64,000 nucleotides of DNA from Lytechinus pictus. Taxonomy: Eukaryota. A model generated the notes under the pieces. That model ran no database searches and had not been told where the DNA came from. It saw nothing but the letters and a program-made list of their open reading frames with translations. The DNA is taken from contig NC_087250.1 of the NCBI RefSeq assembly GCF_037042905.1, positions 22,632,001 through 22,696,000 on the forward strand. Direction: 5' to 3'. Positions 52,690 to 64,000 of the stretch are shown piece after piece. A program made the position numbers and the translations under genes. The number at the start of each line of letters is the position of its first letter. Position 1 is the first letter of the stretch.

Positions 52690-53010
52690 AGGCAATGCTG
52701 TATGAAAAACTGATAGATGAGAAATCACATGAGCTTGTAAATAGACGTTAAAAGATGGGCGTTTCTGCAACCCTGTTTGGCGTTCAACGATGTATTGGAT
52801 AGAGCTACGTCGATATTGTGCTGCTCAGTGGCTGCCGTGCCCACGATCAAATGGGCAAAACTAATTTCTGAGTATTTCTATTTCTATTATATATTAGATA
52901 TCTATTTTGAACAATAAAATATGGATTTTCATTTTTTTCATTTTCATTAAGCCATCCATCCATAGATCAGCTGTAATTCATTTCAATATTTTTCTCTTCT
53001 TGTTTTTTAG

Positions 53011-53051
53011 TCGAGATGTCTCTGTAGATGATGCCCAAACACCCACGTCAG
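53011..53051 (+). CDS. ARHGAP35: p190 RhoGAP coding exon 15 (41 nt, linker)
   Basis: ttttttag|(S)RDVSVDDAQTPTS|gtatga; phase 2-1 bridges exons 14 and 16. Confidence 0.75.
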
Positions 53052-54168
53052 GTATGAAACAAACTATCACATTCCCCTTAACACATATATCAGTATCCAT
53101 ACTGCATGGTATGCCCTATTTATATTCTTGCATTTTGTAGTGTCTTTGGTATATTCACATACACCATACTCATTGTTTATATAGTATAGAGCAGCCTAAA
53201 TATATGAAGGCAGAATCGTTGGTGGGCTAATGAAAGGTCGTACCTCAAAATTTGAATAGTTTGAGTCCAGCTCAGATCATTGTCTAATTTAGAATTATGG
53301 TGATGTTGGCAACCTGACACTATCTTAAAATATTCTTCTAATTCTATGCAAAAGGAGGTCACCATAATATGTTCTTACGACAAAATATAACCCTTCTTAA
53401 CTTTTCTCATTTTCTTTTCAAATTTTGAGCAAAACAAGATTTGTGACGGCACAATGACATATGTTTCCAGTCAGTTGATCAGTTGTTGAATTTGTGTTTT
53501 GGGGGCCTACGTCGCCAAAAAAATACTAATGATGTTGATCCTTTATTTGTGGGTCCTAAATTTTTTCTAACGGTTAGGTGAAAGTTTAGTCATAGTAATT
53601 AAATCTAACTGTAATCACAACGTTCCACTTTACCCCCAATTTAGTGACTGTTAATTGTAATTTCGTTGACGAGTTTAGTAATATATATGTATGACTTGAA
53701 AACCTCCGTAATTTTTAGTTACTAGTAACTAGAAATATTGTTTACTGATCTACTATAATTACCACAGCTATCCATGTGTAAAGACAAATGCCTGACTCCA
53801 AGTGAATGAAAACATAAACCCCTTTGTACCATTATAATATACATGTAGTTAATGTACCCATTCCAGACCTACATGTACATGTAGCACAATACAATGGTTT
53901 AATATATACATGTGTACATATGTAAGTGGCATGGATGTGATATGAATTAGAGGAAAATTGTCTAAAATGATAATAATGATTTTCCACCTCCATATGGCAT
54001 GGACCGATTATTCCAAGCTGTCTTAGACTATACATGTAGATCCAACAAATTAATTTCTTTTAGTGTTATCAATTTCCTGTTTCTTGTGCATTTTTTTAAT
54101 GCAAGTCTAGGACAGTGAAGTTGCCTTGGGCATTTTGTCAAAAGTCTGTGCCACAAATCGTGCTTTAA

Positions 54169-54964
54169 CCCTTAATAAACTGGGGAGGGGGGGGTCAACC
54201 CCCCCCTCTACAAATTTCGTCACTACGCCGCTGCGCGAAGTTTTGGACCGCGCCGCTCTCTGAATTTTTACTTTCAAGTCTTGCGCATCTTTTGAGACCA
54301 AATTTGCGACGCCCGGGTATGCGGTTTTGAAATTACGCAACATTTTGTAAGTGCATGTCAGACCCGAAATTGCTCAAAAACGTGATTCCGTGTACAAAGT
54401 CAATGCAAATTGTGTTTTTCAACCAAAAATCATAAATGTATGATTATTTTTACTTTTGTTGGTTTAAATGGATTTATTTTAGGCTATTTATGATCGCAAA
54501 AGTGTCCCAAACAAAGTTCATCGGGATAATAACAAAGGCTTGAAAAAACTAAGAAATACATAAGAATTTTAGAAAACAATAAAATACATAAGAAATTAAT
54601 TATTTACACATGCATTAATTTTTGCAATTTTTTGTAGATATTTGTTAGAAATGTAATAATTGATACTCCCACCAAAAATTAGCATTCTACTAGCTATATA
54701 AATTGAGTTAAAGGCAAAAACATACACAAAAAACAAAATTTAGGGCAAATTTCATACCCTTATTTGCTTAATTAATTAATAAAAAAATTTAAACAATTAA
54801 TTTTTTGAAGATTTTACCATATAGTCTTGTAGTTTACATCCGGCTCTACGCGCGTGCGAATTTTCACGCCGATCGCGCAATCAGCGGCAGAGATCTGAGG
54901 GGAGGGGGTCAAATTAACCCCCCCCCAGTATATTCTGGTCCGAAATAGCCCAGTTTAGATAGGG
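54169..54964. mobile_element. piggyBac-like non-autonomous element
   Basis: TTAA-CCCTtaataaactggg ... cccagtttagatAGGG-TTAA. Confidence 0.82.
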
Positions 54965-55166
54965 TTAAAATTCTATCGGCATTTTTTCAGAGCCACTTTC
55001 CTACATCCACCATCATGACATGCCGGTTTCCTGTGTGAAAGAAGCCGCTTTGACTTTTAATGCAGTGCCTTACGCTCTGTCTAGAAAAAAAAACTTTCTC
55101 AACGAAACAATAGTTAAGATTCACATGTATGATATACTTCCTGTATACACTGTACTCCAAGACTAT

Positions 55167-55477
55167 GGCCTGTATTCTGAAGTCAAGTTTAACTTAGACC
55201 ATGGTCTAACTCTGTGCTAAAATTATTGGAAGCCAAAAGTATCAAAATATTTATTAAGTTGCATGTTTCTTATGTTTACTGTGCTCTTTCCCGATTCATC
55301 GATGGTGAAGACAATCATTTATTTATACTTCCTACACAATTATGAATGATTTGAGAGCCAAATGAGCTGAAATATTATATATCTACTGTTAGTGATTTAT
55401 GTAGCAATTGGCTTTCCATACTTAAACCACAACTTTAAACCTGAGTTTAAGTTAAACTCGACTTCAGAATATGGGCC
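55167..55477. mobile_element. MITE family E
   Basis: TIRs and interior match the 40878 copy. Confidence 0.88.
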
Positions 55478-57870
55478 TACGTATGCATGTTAAGTATGGT
55501 AATGGTAATCTGTATACCAGTATGTATGTGGGAATCGCTTTTCATGTTTAGCAGTGGGAAAAAGTAAAAAGGTATAAATTTTGGATATTTAGGAATGTAA
55601 ATAAATTATTTATGAATCTAGGAGTGAAATTACAAGAGTAGTTCAGTCTGTATTGGATGGGTAATAGAATTTAGCTTGCTTTTACCGCTTCATGGATGTA
55701 AATTTGCTCCCAGTTAAAAGTTGCCCAGTCTGGGCCCTCTTGTATGAAAGTTACTGGTAACTTCACCATACAATTGCAATTGCCATGGTAACAATGCTCA
55801 ACAGCCAATCAAAATCAAGGATTTTATGGAAATAACCAATGGATGGTAAGGTTACAATAGAGGTAACTTTCGGGCAATTCCATAAAATGATCAACCTTTT
55901 TTTTACGTCCTACGCCCATTTTTCTCAGGTTTTGCTTCACTTCATAAACTGACAAAGTCATGATCCATTGAAAACATAACAGACTGTCAAAAGAACAAGA
56001 AATCAGAGACAGAAATTTCATGACGTACATATTTTATGGAATTGCTCTTACATGTAATTGCAATAGGGCCATCTGAAGTACTTTGAATCCATAGTAGTGG
56101 TATTATGATGAAATAACCTATATACCACGCATACCCAATTAGATATTCTATTCAAGCTCTATGAGAGTAAAAAGAGCGTAGTATTTGATTACCTTTAATT
56201 GCCTTGAATGGCAATTAATTTTGAGATTTCAATCTTGAATTTTAAACAAAAGGGAAATTTATCAACAATTATATATGATGAAGGGAATTATGATTATGAT
56301 TCAGAGGAAACACAAAAATAAGTGATACTGGCCCAGAATCTGTTTATGATGTCTGAATCATTTTAATTAATATCATCCTCCATCTTGGCTTAATAATGAT
56401 GAAGTCTTGCCTTCGTTTCTTTCATACACCTATTGTTATAATGATTCAACCATCAGCATTAATTTATCTGATGTTGATTATTTCCTTTCAAAGCTGAGTG
56501 AAATTCATTTAGAAAAACAGTTAAAAGTTTGCTCATTTAGATTATGTCCTTTCAGAGCATAGTGAATTTCATTAAAAAAAACGAAATAAAAAAATGGAAT
56601 TGGTGAAAGTGCATTAACTTTCCTGACTCTTGTTCTAATTTATCCTTTCTTCATTTTCCACCCTTCCACCCCTCACATGTTGGCTTCCTATTCCTCTCCT
56701 CAACCCCCTATTCAATTAATGGTATCTCCCTATTAATGCAATGTGTGTTCCTTTTTTTGTATTGTAATGAATTGTGTTTTTTTTTGCTTTAACTTCCCGT
56801 ACATGCAAACGTGTTGTTCCTATGGTGTAAATATACTGTATTTTTTATCCTTGTAATTGTTGGCACATCAAGTGTTATTTTCCTTTCCTTTTTTCATTGT
56901 ACTTTCCTCTTTCTTTATTGCCTCCATAAACTGTCTTTGTCTTCAATTGACTGTTGATTTTATATCTGTTATTGTGTTATTTTTTGGTCTCACAATTTTT
57001 TTTGTCTTTTGTCTGCATCTTTGCCTTTATATGGCTTACTAATTTGGTGTCTGTATTTCTTTTGGGTTAAATCATATTAATATATTCATTTATTGCTACT
57101 TCAAATGTTCATCTCAACAATATTTGTGTGTCACCATAATTTCTTCTGGATATTGATTGATTTTTTATTTCATTTTCATTTCATTTGTTCAATGTTACAA
57201 ATAATGAAAATTACCAAATTCTTTTTCCATTATTTCTCATGAATTGGAACCTTGGTATTTCTTTTATGTTTGCCCACTGGATTTGATTTTCAAATTCTTT
57301 GGTTTCAAATTTGAATCAAACTTCAACATTTTGTGTTATTTACACATCTTGCACTTTCCCCCTTTTCTCATTTGGAAAAAAAATGATGAACAAATCCTCT
57401 ATTTTAATAATTATTTCATTTTATTATTATATGGTCCCACATGCTCTGTTTTATGTTGTCTATGTCTCATAACGCTTTTGCATCCCTACGATTTTATGTA
57501 TATTAATCATCATGGCTTGCGTAATATATTCAAATATTGCTATATTGTATAAATTCCTCTTGATGCATACAAATTTCCCATTATTGTATGAGTTGGTAAT
57601 AATCTCTTGCCTTGCATCTGATTCAAGTTGCCCCCCTCTATTTATTGATACCTTTCAATTCTATCCCTTTTCTACTCTGAATACATCTTGATAATTTGCA
57701 TAAAAATGGAATACCTTCACTTTGATTTGATGATATCCGAACGGTCTGCATGATGTGGTTGGTCTCAATATCTATATATGCATACGTGTTGCATGATGCA
57801 CCGTGCCCCGCCCTGCCCATCCCCACCCCCATTACCAATGATGCCACCCCACCCACCCCCCTTCCAATAG

Positions 57871-58002
57871 GCTTCACCCCTGAGTTTGTACCCCGCCAGA
57901 GATCCGTTTCTTCGGAAGCGGTGGTCCACGATCCCCTGGTTAAGCCCAGTGAAATACGCAACCGCATGAGGCTACAGCAGCAGTCCCATATTAGCTTCCG
58001 AG
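57871..58002 (+). CDS. ARHGAP35: p190 RhoGAP coding exon 16 (linker, phase 1-1, possibly cassette)
   Basis: caatag|GFTPEFVPRQRSVSSEAVVHDPLVKPSEIRNRMRLQQQSHISFR|gtaaaa; GC-richer than flanks; 132 nt. Confidence 0.75.
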
Positions 58003-58042
58003 GTAAAAGAATGAACGTCTCGTTTTAGTATAAAATATTTAA

Positions 58043-58622
58043 ACGGATGGTCCGGGCTGAAAATATTTATATCTTAATACATAGAGTAGAATTCATTGAG
58101 CAAAATGCCGAAAATTTCATCAAAATCGGATAACAAATAATAAAGTTATTGAAGTTTAAAGTTTAGCAATATTTTGTGAAAACAGTTGTCATGAATATTC
58201 ATTAGGTGGGCTGATGATGTCACATCTCCACTTTCCGTTTTCTTATGTTATTACATAAAATCATATTTTTTTCATTATTTCATACTTGTGTGAATAATAT
58301 GTCTCTCATATAATGAAATAAGTTGCAGCAATAAATATCTAATGCACTAAATCAATTGTCAATCCAATTTTTTTAGTTCTTGGAGGAAAAAATTGAATAA
58401 ACCTAATTTCATATAATAAAATACAAAAGAACAAGTGGAGATGTGACATCATCTGCCCACCTAATAAATATTCATGACGACTGTTTTCACAAAATATTGC
58501 TAAACTTTAAAATTCAATAACTTTGTTATTTTTTATCAAATTTTCATGAAATTTCGGCATTTTGCTCAGTGAATTCTACTCTGTTTGTTAAGCTATAAAT
58601 ACTTTCAGCCCGGACCATCCCT
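58043..58622. mobile_element. TTAA-flanked MITE with ~200-bp TIRs, 40 nt after the exon 16 donor
   Basis: ggatggtccgggctgaaa / tttcagcccggaccatcc plus long subterminal symmetry. Confidence 0.85.
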
Positions 58623-60026
58623 TTAAACGGATAAATATTGCGAATAAACCCTTTGTTGAATGTTGAGTGTTTTTTGTGAAATTATAGCGTCCAGAGCGTC
58701 ATGCCTGACTGATGTGTACGCTCTGGAAGAATCCTCTGATTATTAATAATTTGACCAAATTTGTCATTTTTTCATATTTTCTGAGTACACAGTAGTGTTC
58801 TTGAAATTTGAACAAATTAAATCAGTGAATAAAGCCTTTGTGAATGCAGAATATTGTGCGATTCAGGAACTCTCTGTTTCGATGAAGAAATGGAGGGACA
58901 AGCATCATATACCTGTAATGCTTTGCCCCTCTAATATTTTTGTCTGCTCAGTAAGTTCTGTCGCCATTAAATTGAAGGCACTCTAGCCCTTAAATTATGC
59001 CTTTAAAATGTCCCTAAACCGAGTCATTTAGGTTTCTGGGCATATACCTATCATTTAATACTTATTCAGTTATAAAAGTAATTATGAGATATATTGCGTA
59101 CAGGTTTGATGTAAGCATAATTCTTTATACCTACATGTATCTAGTATCATGAATATTACCTTTTGTTGTATTATTACCCATTCTTCATTCAATGTTTAAT
59201 CACTCTCCCCTTCAATAGTAATGAACTTGTGATAAACATGTTTTGAATATTTATTCAATTGAGTGCAGATAGTCTGTTAATCTTAACCAGGCTATTACAT
59301 GTATTTCATTACTCATTTAAATCGTCCATTCAAAATCTCCAAAATATAAGTACACATGTTGGTGCCCATAATGTGTATCGCATTTCATTTGACTGTGGTA
59401 TGAGAGCAGTATACATGCAGATAAAATGCCTTTACTGAATAAAGCATAAGTGCTAGGCTGGGGATTGAACCCTGGACCTTTTTATTGGTTGAGTTGGTGC
59501 CCAAGGTTACTTGACCACTTCACCATTGTAGATGTTTGTTCATATTCAGCAAGAATTGGGGATCAGTGATCTTTTGGAGAAAGATTTGCGTTTAAATATC
59601 AAGCGCAAATCCATGAGCACTTTTGATTGGTTAAAAAAACCAAGTTGCGTTTGATTTTCTGAGTTGCGTTTGATTGTAACTTGTTCTGAGGTTCTGCAGC
59701 GGGCCCCAAGGTTTTGTTCAAATTAAAGTGTTGTGCAAAGAGGTGTGATGAATTCAAGGCAAACTCACAATGACATTGGTGTTACTATAAATATAAAAGA
59801 AAAAAAAAATGAATCAATTGAATCTATTTGAGAGAAAGGTTCCTAAGAGTTTAGATCCTTCAAATTTTATTCAGGTTTGGATTAATTGCAAGTTTTCGTG
59901 AGGCTGTCTCCTTGGCCCTCTAACGCAAACCTTAGCGATCGATTATGGATCTGATTAATGATACATTGCAATGATCATTATATACAAATCAATCTTACCA
60001 ATCAATTATATGATCAATTGCTAAGC

Positions 60027-60429
60027 TTAAAGGTAAATTCCAGTTCTGGTAACGATCTCAAAATGACTTTTTACAGAATCTAATATAATGACCACCCAAG
60101 TGTCTGTTTGTATGAATAAAAAATATGTGCCAAAGGATTCTGGAAGAAATTGTGTAATTGCTGAGAAATAAGCAAAATAAGCACGGATTCGGTCACTTCC
60201 GTCGGGTCTTTATTCCAGCAATAATAATACACTGTCCCACGTGTGCCTATCTGTGTTGGCGATCTTCAGTGTGATCGTATTTCAGCTTAGATTTTATGAT
60301 TTCACAAAGTTCAGTTTATGTAACTGTACCAGATCTAGATCCACGATGATATAGTCATACTTAACCTTGGTTTTACAGACTTTCTCACGAAATCAGTGTT
60401 TTACTGCAACTACTGTAATTTAGCTTTAA
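60027..60429. mobile_element. TTAA-flanked element family A
   Basis: Near-identical to 2601-3000. Confidence 0.82.
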
Positions 60430-60834
60430 TATCATTGGCCCTTGGTAGGTGTTTCATAAAGCTGTTGGGAAGTTACAAGCAAACAAATGAATAGTTACCC
60501 TTTCTTGTGGTAGATAATAGACACTAGATTTTCATTGGTGTTGATGTAGTTCCTAAGAAAGGGTCACCAGTCGTTTGTAAAGTCACTCGTAACTTATAAA
60601 CAGCTTTTTGAAATGACCACCTGAACTTCTTAAATTTATGTTTAAAATGGCTTTCCTCATAAAGAAAAAAAAAAAAGAAAGACCGAATTCATATGAAAAA
60701 ACCTTACGTAAAATGAATAGCACCCTGTCAAGTTCAAAATAAAGAAGTTTCTGTTATTTTCTGCAGAAAAGTTAACCAGTTTTCTTATCATTTGTAATAA
60801 TATTTATTATTATGTATCTGTTTTATTATGTCAG

Positions 60835-60906
60835 GTGTGGAAGACCAGTTATATGATGAGATTGGTCATCAGCAATCTAGATGGGCACCAAAACCCAGTA
60901 ATGAAG
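60835..60906 (+). CDS. ARHGAP35: p190 RhoGAP coding exon 17 (linker, phase 1-1)
   Basis: gtcag|GVEDQLYDEIGHQQSRWAPKPSNE|gtgaat; 72 nt, open frame. Confidence 0.72.
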
Positions 60907-60939
60907 GTGAATATACATATATACTTCCTCAAAGATCAA

Positions 60940-61650
60940 TGAAAATGATACCCCTCATTGTGATAGAAATATACCTGTCATTATGATGAAGAAAAATAAT
61001 TTACATGAGTCCATATTCCTATGATACACCTCAACCTTATGAAAATAAAGTTTACAAACTGGTTTACAACATTATTCCATATTTCCTCCACGATTATTAA
61101 GATGAAGATACATGTAATGTTGATTTCCAATATTCCAAATTCCTTCTGATATTATCGATTATAATACCCCTCTTTATGGCTTGAATGTCATCCCTCTCAT
61201 GATAAAGATTACAAATAATTTACAGAATTATTCCATATCCCTATGACTGAAAAATATGTTTCTCCCAAAATGATAAGATTAATTCTTTTTTTTTGTTTAT
61301 AATTGAGTGATAAAGATTAGTAATTGAGTTACACCATTAATCCACATTCCTTCTGAGATGCAAGACTATTTTACCCCTCTTTATGAGACAAATATCATAC
61401 CCCTCTCTATGATAGCAATATCATACCCCTTGTGATAAAGATTGCAAATAATTTACACCATTATTTTGTAATATGACTGAAAAATATGTTACCCCTAATA
61501 AAAAATGGAATAGCGTTCCCATCATTGTGATAACGATAACATATTGATTTACAGCATTATTCCACCTCCCCTCTCAGACAAAGATTACAATTGAATTTCC
61601 ATTAATTGAGTAATGAAGATCACAAATTGATTTACAGCATAATTCCATTT
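60940..61650. repeat. Degenerate tandem repeat downstream of exon 17
   Basis: Recurring tgataaagattacaaataatttacaccattattcca / cataccccctc motifs. Confidence 0.65.
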
Positions 61651-63321
61651 TCCATATTATGTTAACTGTTATCATTGGCTTTGCTTCAGAGGGAAAATGG
61701 CAATTGTTTTAAATATTGATATCACTTGCAAATTGGTGCTCATGTACATGTATAGCAGACATTGAATGAAAAGCTTCTCATTGCGATATTTCGTGGTTCG
61801 AATTGATACATAACACTTGCTATGGATATTACATAGCTTACAGTATTTACATCTGCCAATTGATAATTTTCTCATCCCTTTTCAAGTCATGATAAAAACC
61901 ACATGTACCATCTTAGTCCCAGGTAAACTCTTTTTTTTTTTGCCTGGAGTCCAGAGTGCGTGCCTGGTTGCGTTTAGCCTTTTGCTTGATCACGTTTTAA
62001 CAAGCGTTTGTTTAATGATTGCCGGACCATGCCGTCATTTTCATGCTAGTACATTCATTCTGCTTTAATAGTGTAGTTATGAATAAAAGAAAATTGAGGG
62101 TAACTTTGCTCAAAGTTTTATTTTGAATTAATCTTATAAACACATCATTCTCATGGCACTGCGCAGAGAGTTCATGCGATTTGATTAACCATGTGGGGTA
62201 GATCATTAATTCCATCATGACTTTGCATTAATTGCTACTTGTCTTCTCAAGTGTTTGTTTATTACTCTGGGTCTGGGAGGGGCCTTGTGAAGTGGTTTTT
62301 AGGGTTGATTTGCCCTGCATGCTACATTTTAAAGCAAAATTCTGTTCTGGGATTAGGTTTGCAGTGTTGATATGCCTGGAAAGAGGGAAATCAATAAGAT
62401 TTTAATCTTCTTTTCCCTTTCATTTTTAAAAGTTGTCTTGAAGATTCAATTTTTTTCTGAAATCAAAGAAGCTTCTTCATGATTAAGAGGATTTTATTCA
62501 CGTGCAGTTCGGCATAAGATTAAGTTTTTCTGCTCATAATTGGCATTTAAGCATTGTGAAACTTATTGATACAATATTGCACTGTGTATCATTGATGAGC
62601 AAATCAGGGTTTTAGAGGTTTGCTGTGTTTGAGATTTTTATTTTTATTTTTTGTTTGGTGTAAAAGAGGGAAAACCAACTTTTTTGATTCTGCAAAATGA
62701 TACGGGCAAAGTATGACAGTCACTGTTCTCTTTTCCATTAATGTAACAAAGTATGGAAATTTCTGTTTCTTTATGGTTTTATTGATGTGAGGATTTATTT
62801 TGTACTATCATTTCTTTTTTATTACCTTTTCTTTTCCCCACCTGCTTGCCGATCTGTGCTTCAATATTGCATTATCCTACCCTATAAAATTACCTTGTGT
62901 ACATGTTTGTCCCCCCATGGCTTTTTCCTCTCCCTATAAAATCCCATTAAACCATTACCATAAACCACATCTCCTATGACTTTTCTTCCCTCCCTATACA
63001 ATTTCATTATACCATTACCTTGTATGTATGTCCCCCATATGACTTTTCCCCCTCTCCTTATACGATCCCATCATGCACCTCATTTAATATCTCTTCCTTT
63101 TGCACTGAATAACTTAAAACCCCATCCCTTATATAATCATGTTATCGTACTTCCTTACATCACTTATTTCTCTTATGTAATTCCTGTCCTTGTCTTTGCC
63201 CCATGCATTTTGTCCCATGCATTTCTTAATAACCCTACTGATCGTATTACTCCTCCTGATACAAACCCATTACACTCCCATTATTTCCTCATCATTCTGA
63301 TGAATTAAAATATACTCTCTC

Positions 63322-63560
63322 TTTTACCACTCCTTATACCACTCCTACCACTTTTTATACCACCCCTTATACCACTCCTTATACCAATGCTTGTACCACT
63401 CCTTGCACCAATCCTTCACCACTCCTTATACCAATCCTTATAATGTACTCCCCTTTTACCATATCTTATACCTATCCTCATACCATCCTTTATCCTTACA
63501 CCAATCCTTTTACTAATCCATATACTACCTCTTATACTAATCCTTATACCATCCCTCATA
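63322..63560. repeat. 12-bp minisatellite (ccactccttata)
   Basis: Degenerate tandem copies. Confidence 0.85.
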
Positions 63561-63712
63561 TTTCTGTTATATCACATGGTGTCTTGTACTACATTATTTC
63601 ACTTCCAAAACCCATTTTTATACATAATTTTCCATCATACTTTCAATTTCCCATGACCAATACCAAACCCTTATGCAAACCCAATGTCTTATACCCCTTC
63701 CCCGGTAAGCAG

Positions 63713-63826
63713 CTCGTATGTACCACACAGCCAACTATGAATCCAGGCAGCGGCGATGGGGCTCTGAGGTGAGGCGAAAGCCTAATTTACCGTTGCCCTC
63801 GACACCACAGAGCACTGGGACAGAAG
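63713..63826 (+). CDS. ARHGAP35: p190 RhoGAP coding exon 18 (linker, phase 1-1; NAGNAG acceptor 63710/63713)
   Basis: aag cag|(A)RMYHTANYESRQRRWGSEVRRKPNLPLPSTPQSTGTE|gtatag. Confidence 0.68.
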
Positions 63827-64000
63827 GTATAGGTTTGGTTGATGAATATTTCTCTGTCTCTGTATTTGTGCATCGTTCGTACATGTACCTGTTCCTGTAT
63901 TGTGCATTGTGTTGCCTTAGTCTATCAAACCAATATACCTTATACTCTCTTAATATCTTATACTGTAAAAGTGGGACAAAGGGTTAAGCTTTCATTAATA

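Larger units (their letters stand above)
20281..63826 (+). other. ARHGAP35: p190 RhoGAP gene (ARHGAP35/ARHGAP5 family), 5' partial; 18 coding exons traced, continues beyond window
   Basis: Exons join in frame with GT-AG boundaries (3229 nt). The protein shows p190 hallmarks: [49 protein letters not shown] repeats and the CGDPF pG2 motif. Confidence 0.95.

Noticed and set aside
54991..55220. Possible extra exon after ttttttcag (EPLSYIHHHDMPVSC...)
   Set aside because: No convincing phase-1 donor; the frame runs into a MITE; no homology

Overview
AT-rich, repeat-dense animal genomic DNA. The SINE/MITE style suggests an echinoderm such as a sea urchin, which is an inference. The window holds the 5' part of one + strand, intron-rich gene encoding a p190 RhoGAP (ARHGAP35/ARHGAP5 family). 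I traced 18 GT-AG exons with consistent phases from the ATG at 20281 to 63826 (about 1076 codons). They cover the N-terminal GTPase-like domain, the FF repeats, the pG1/pG2 pseudoGTPase region and the start of the low-complexity linker; the RhoGAP domain lies beyond the window. Introns and upstream sequence contain tRNA-derived SINEs, many non-autonomous DNA transposons (often nested), a 4.6 kb fold-back, LINE fragments and tandem repeats. Three observations stand out: (1) a diverged duplicate of the pG2 CGDPF exon 1 kb upstream of the main copy, a candidate mutually exclusive or decayed exon; (2) three ~1 kb zones almost free of AG dinucleotides, each ending at the acceptor of a frame-symmetric candidate alternative exon; (3) repeated tandem amplification of exon 3' ends together with their splice donors.
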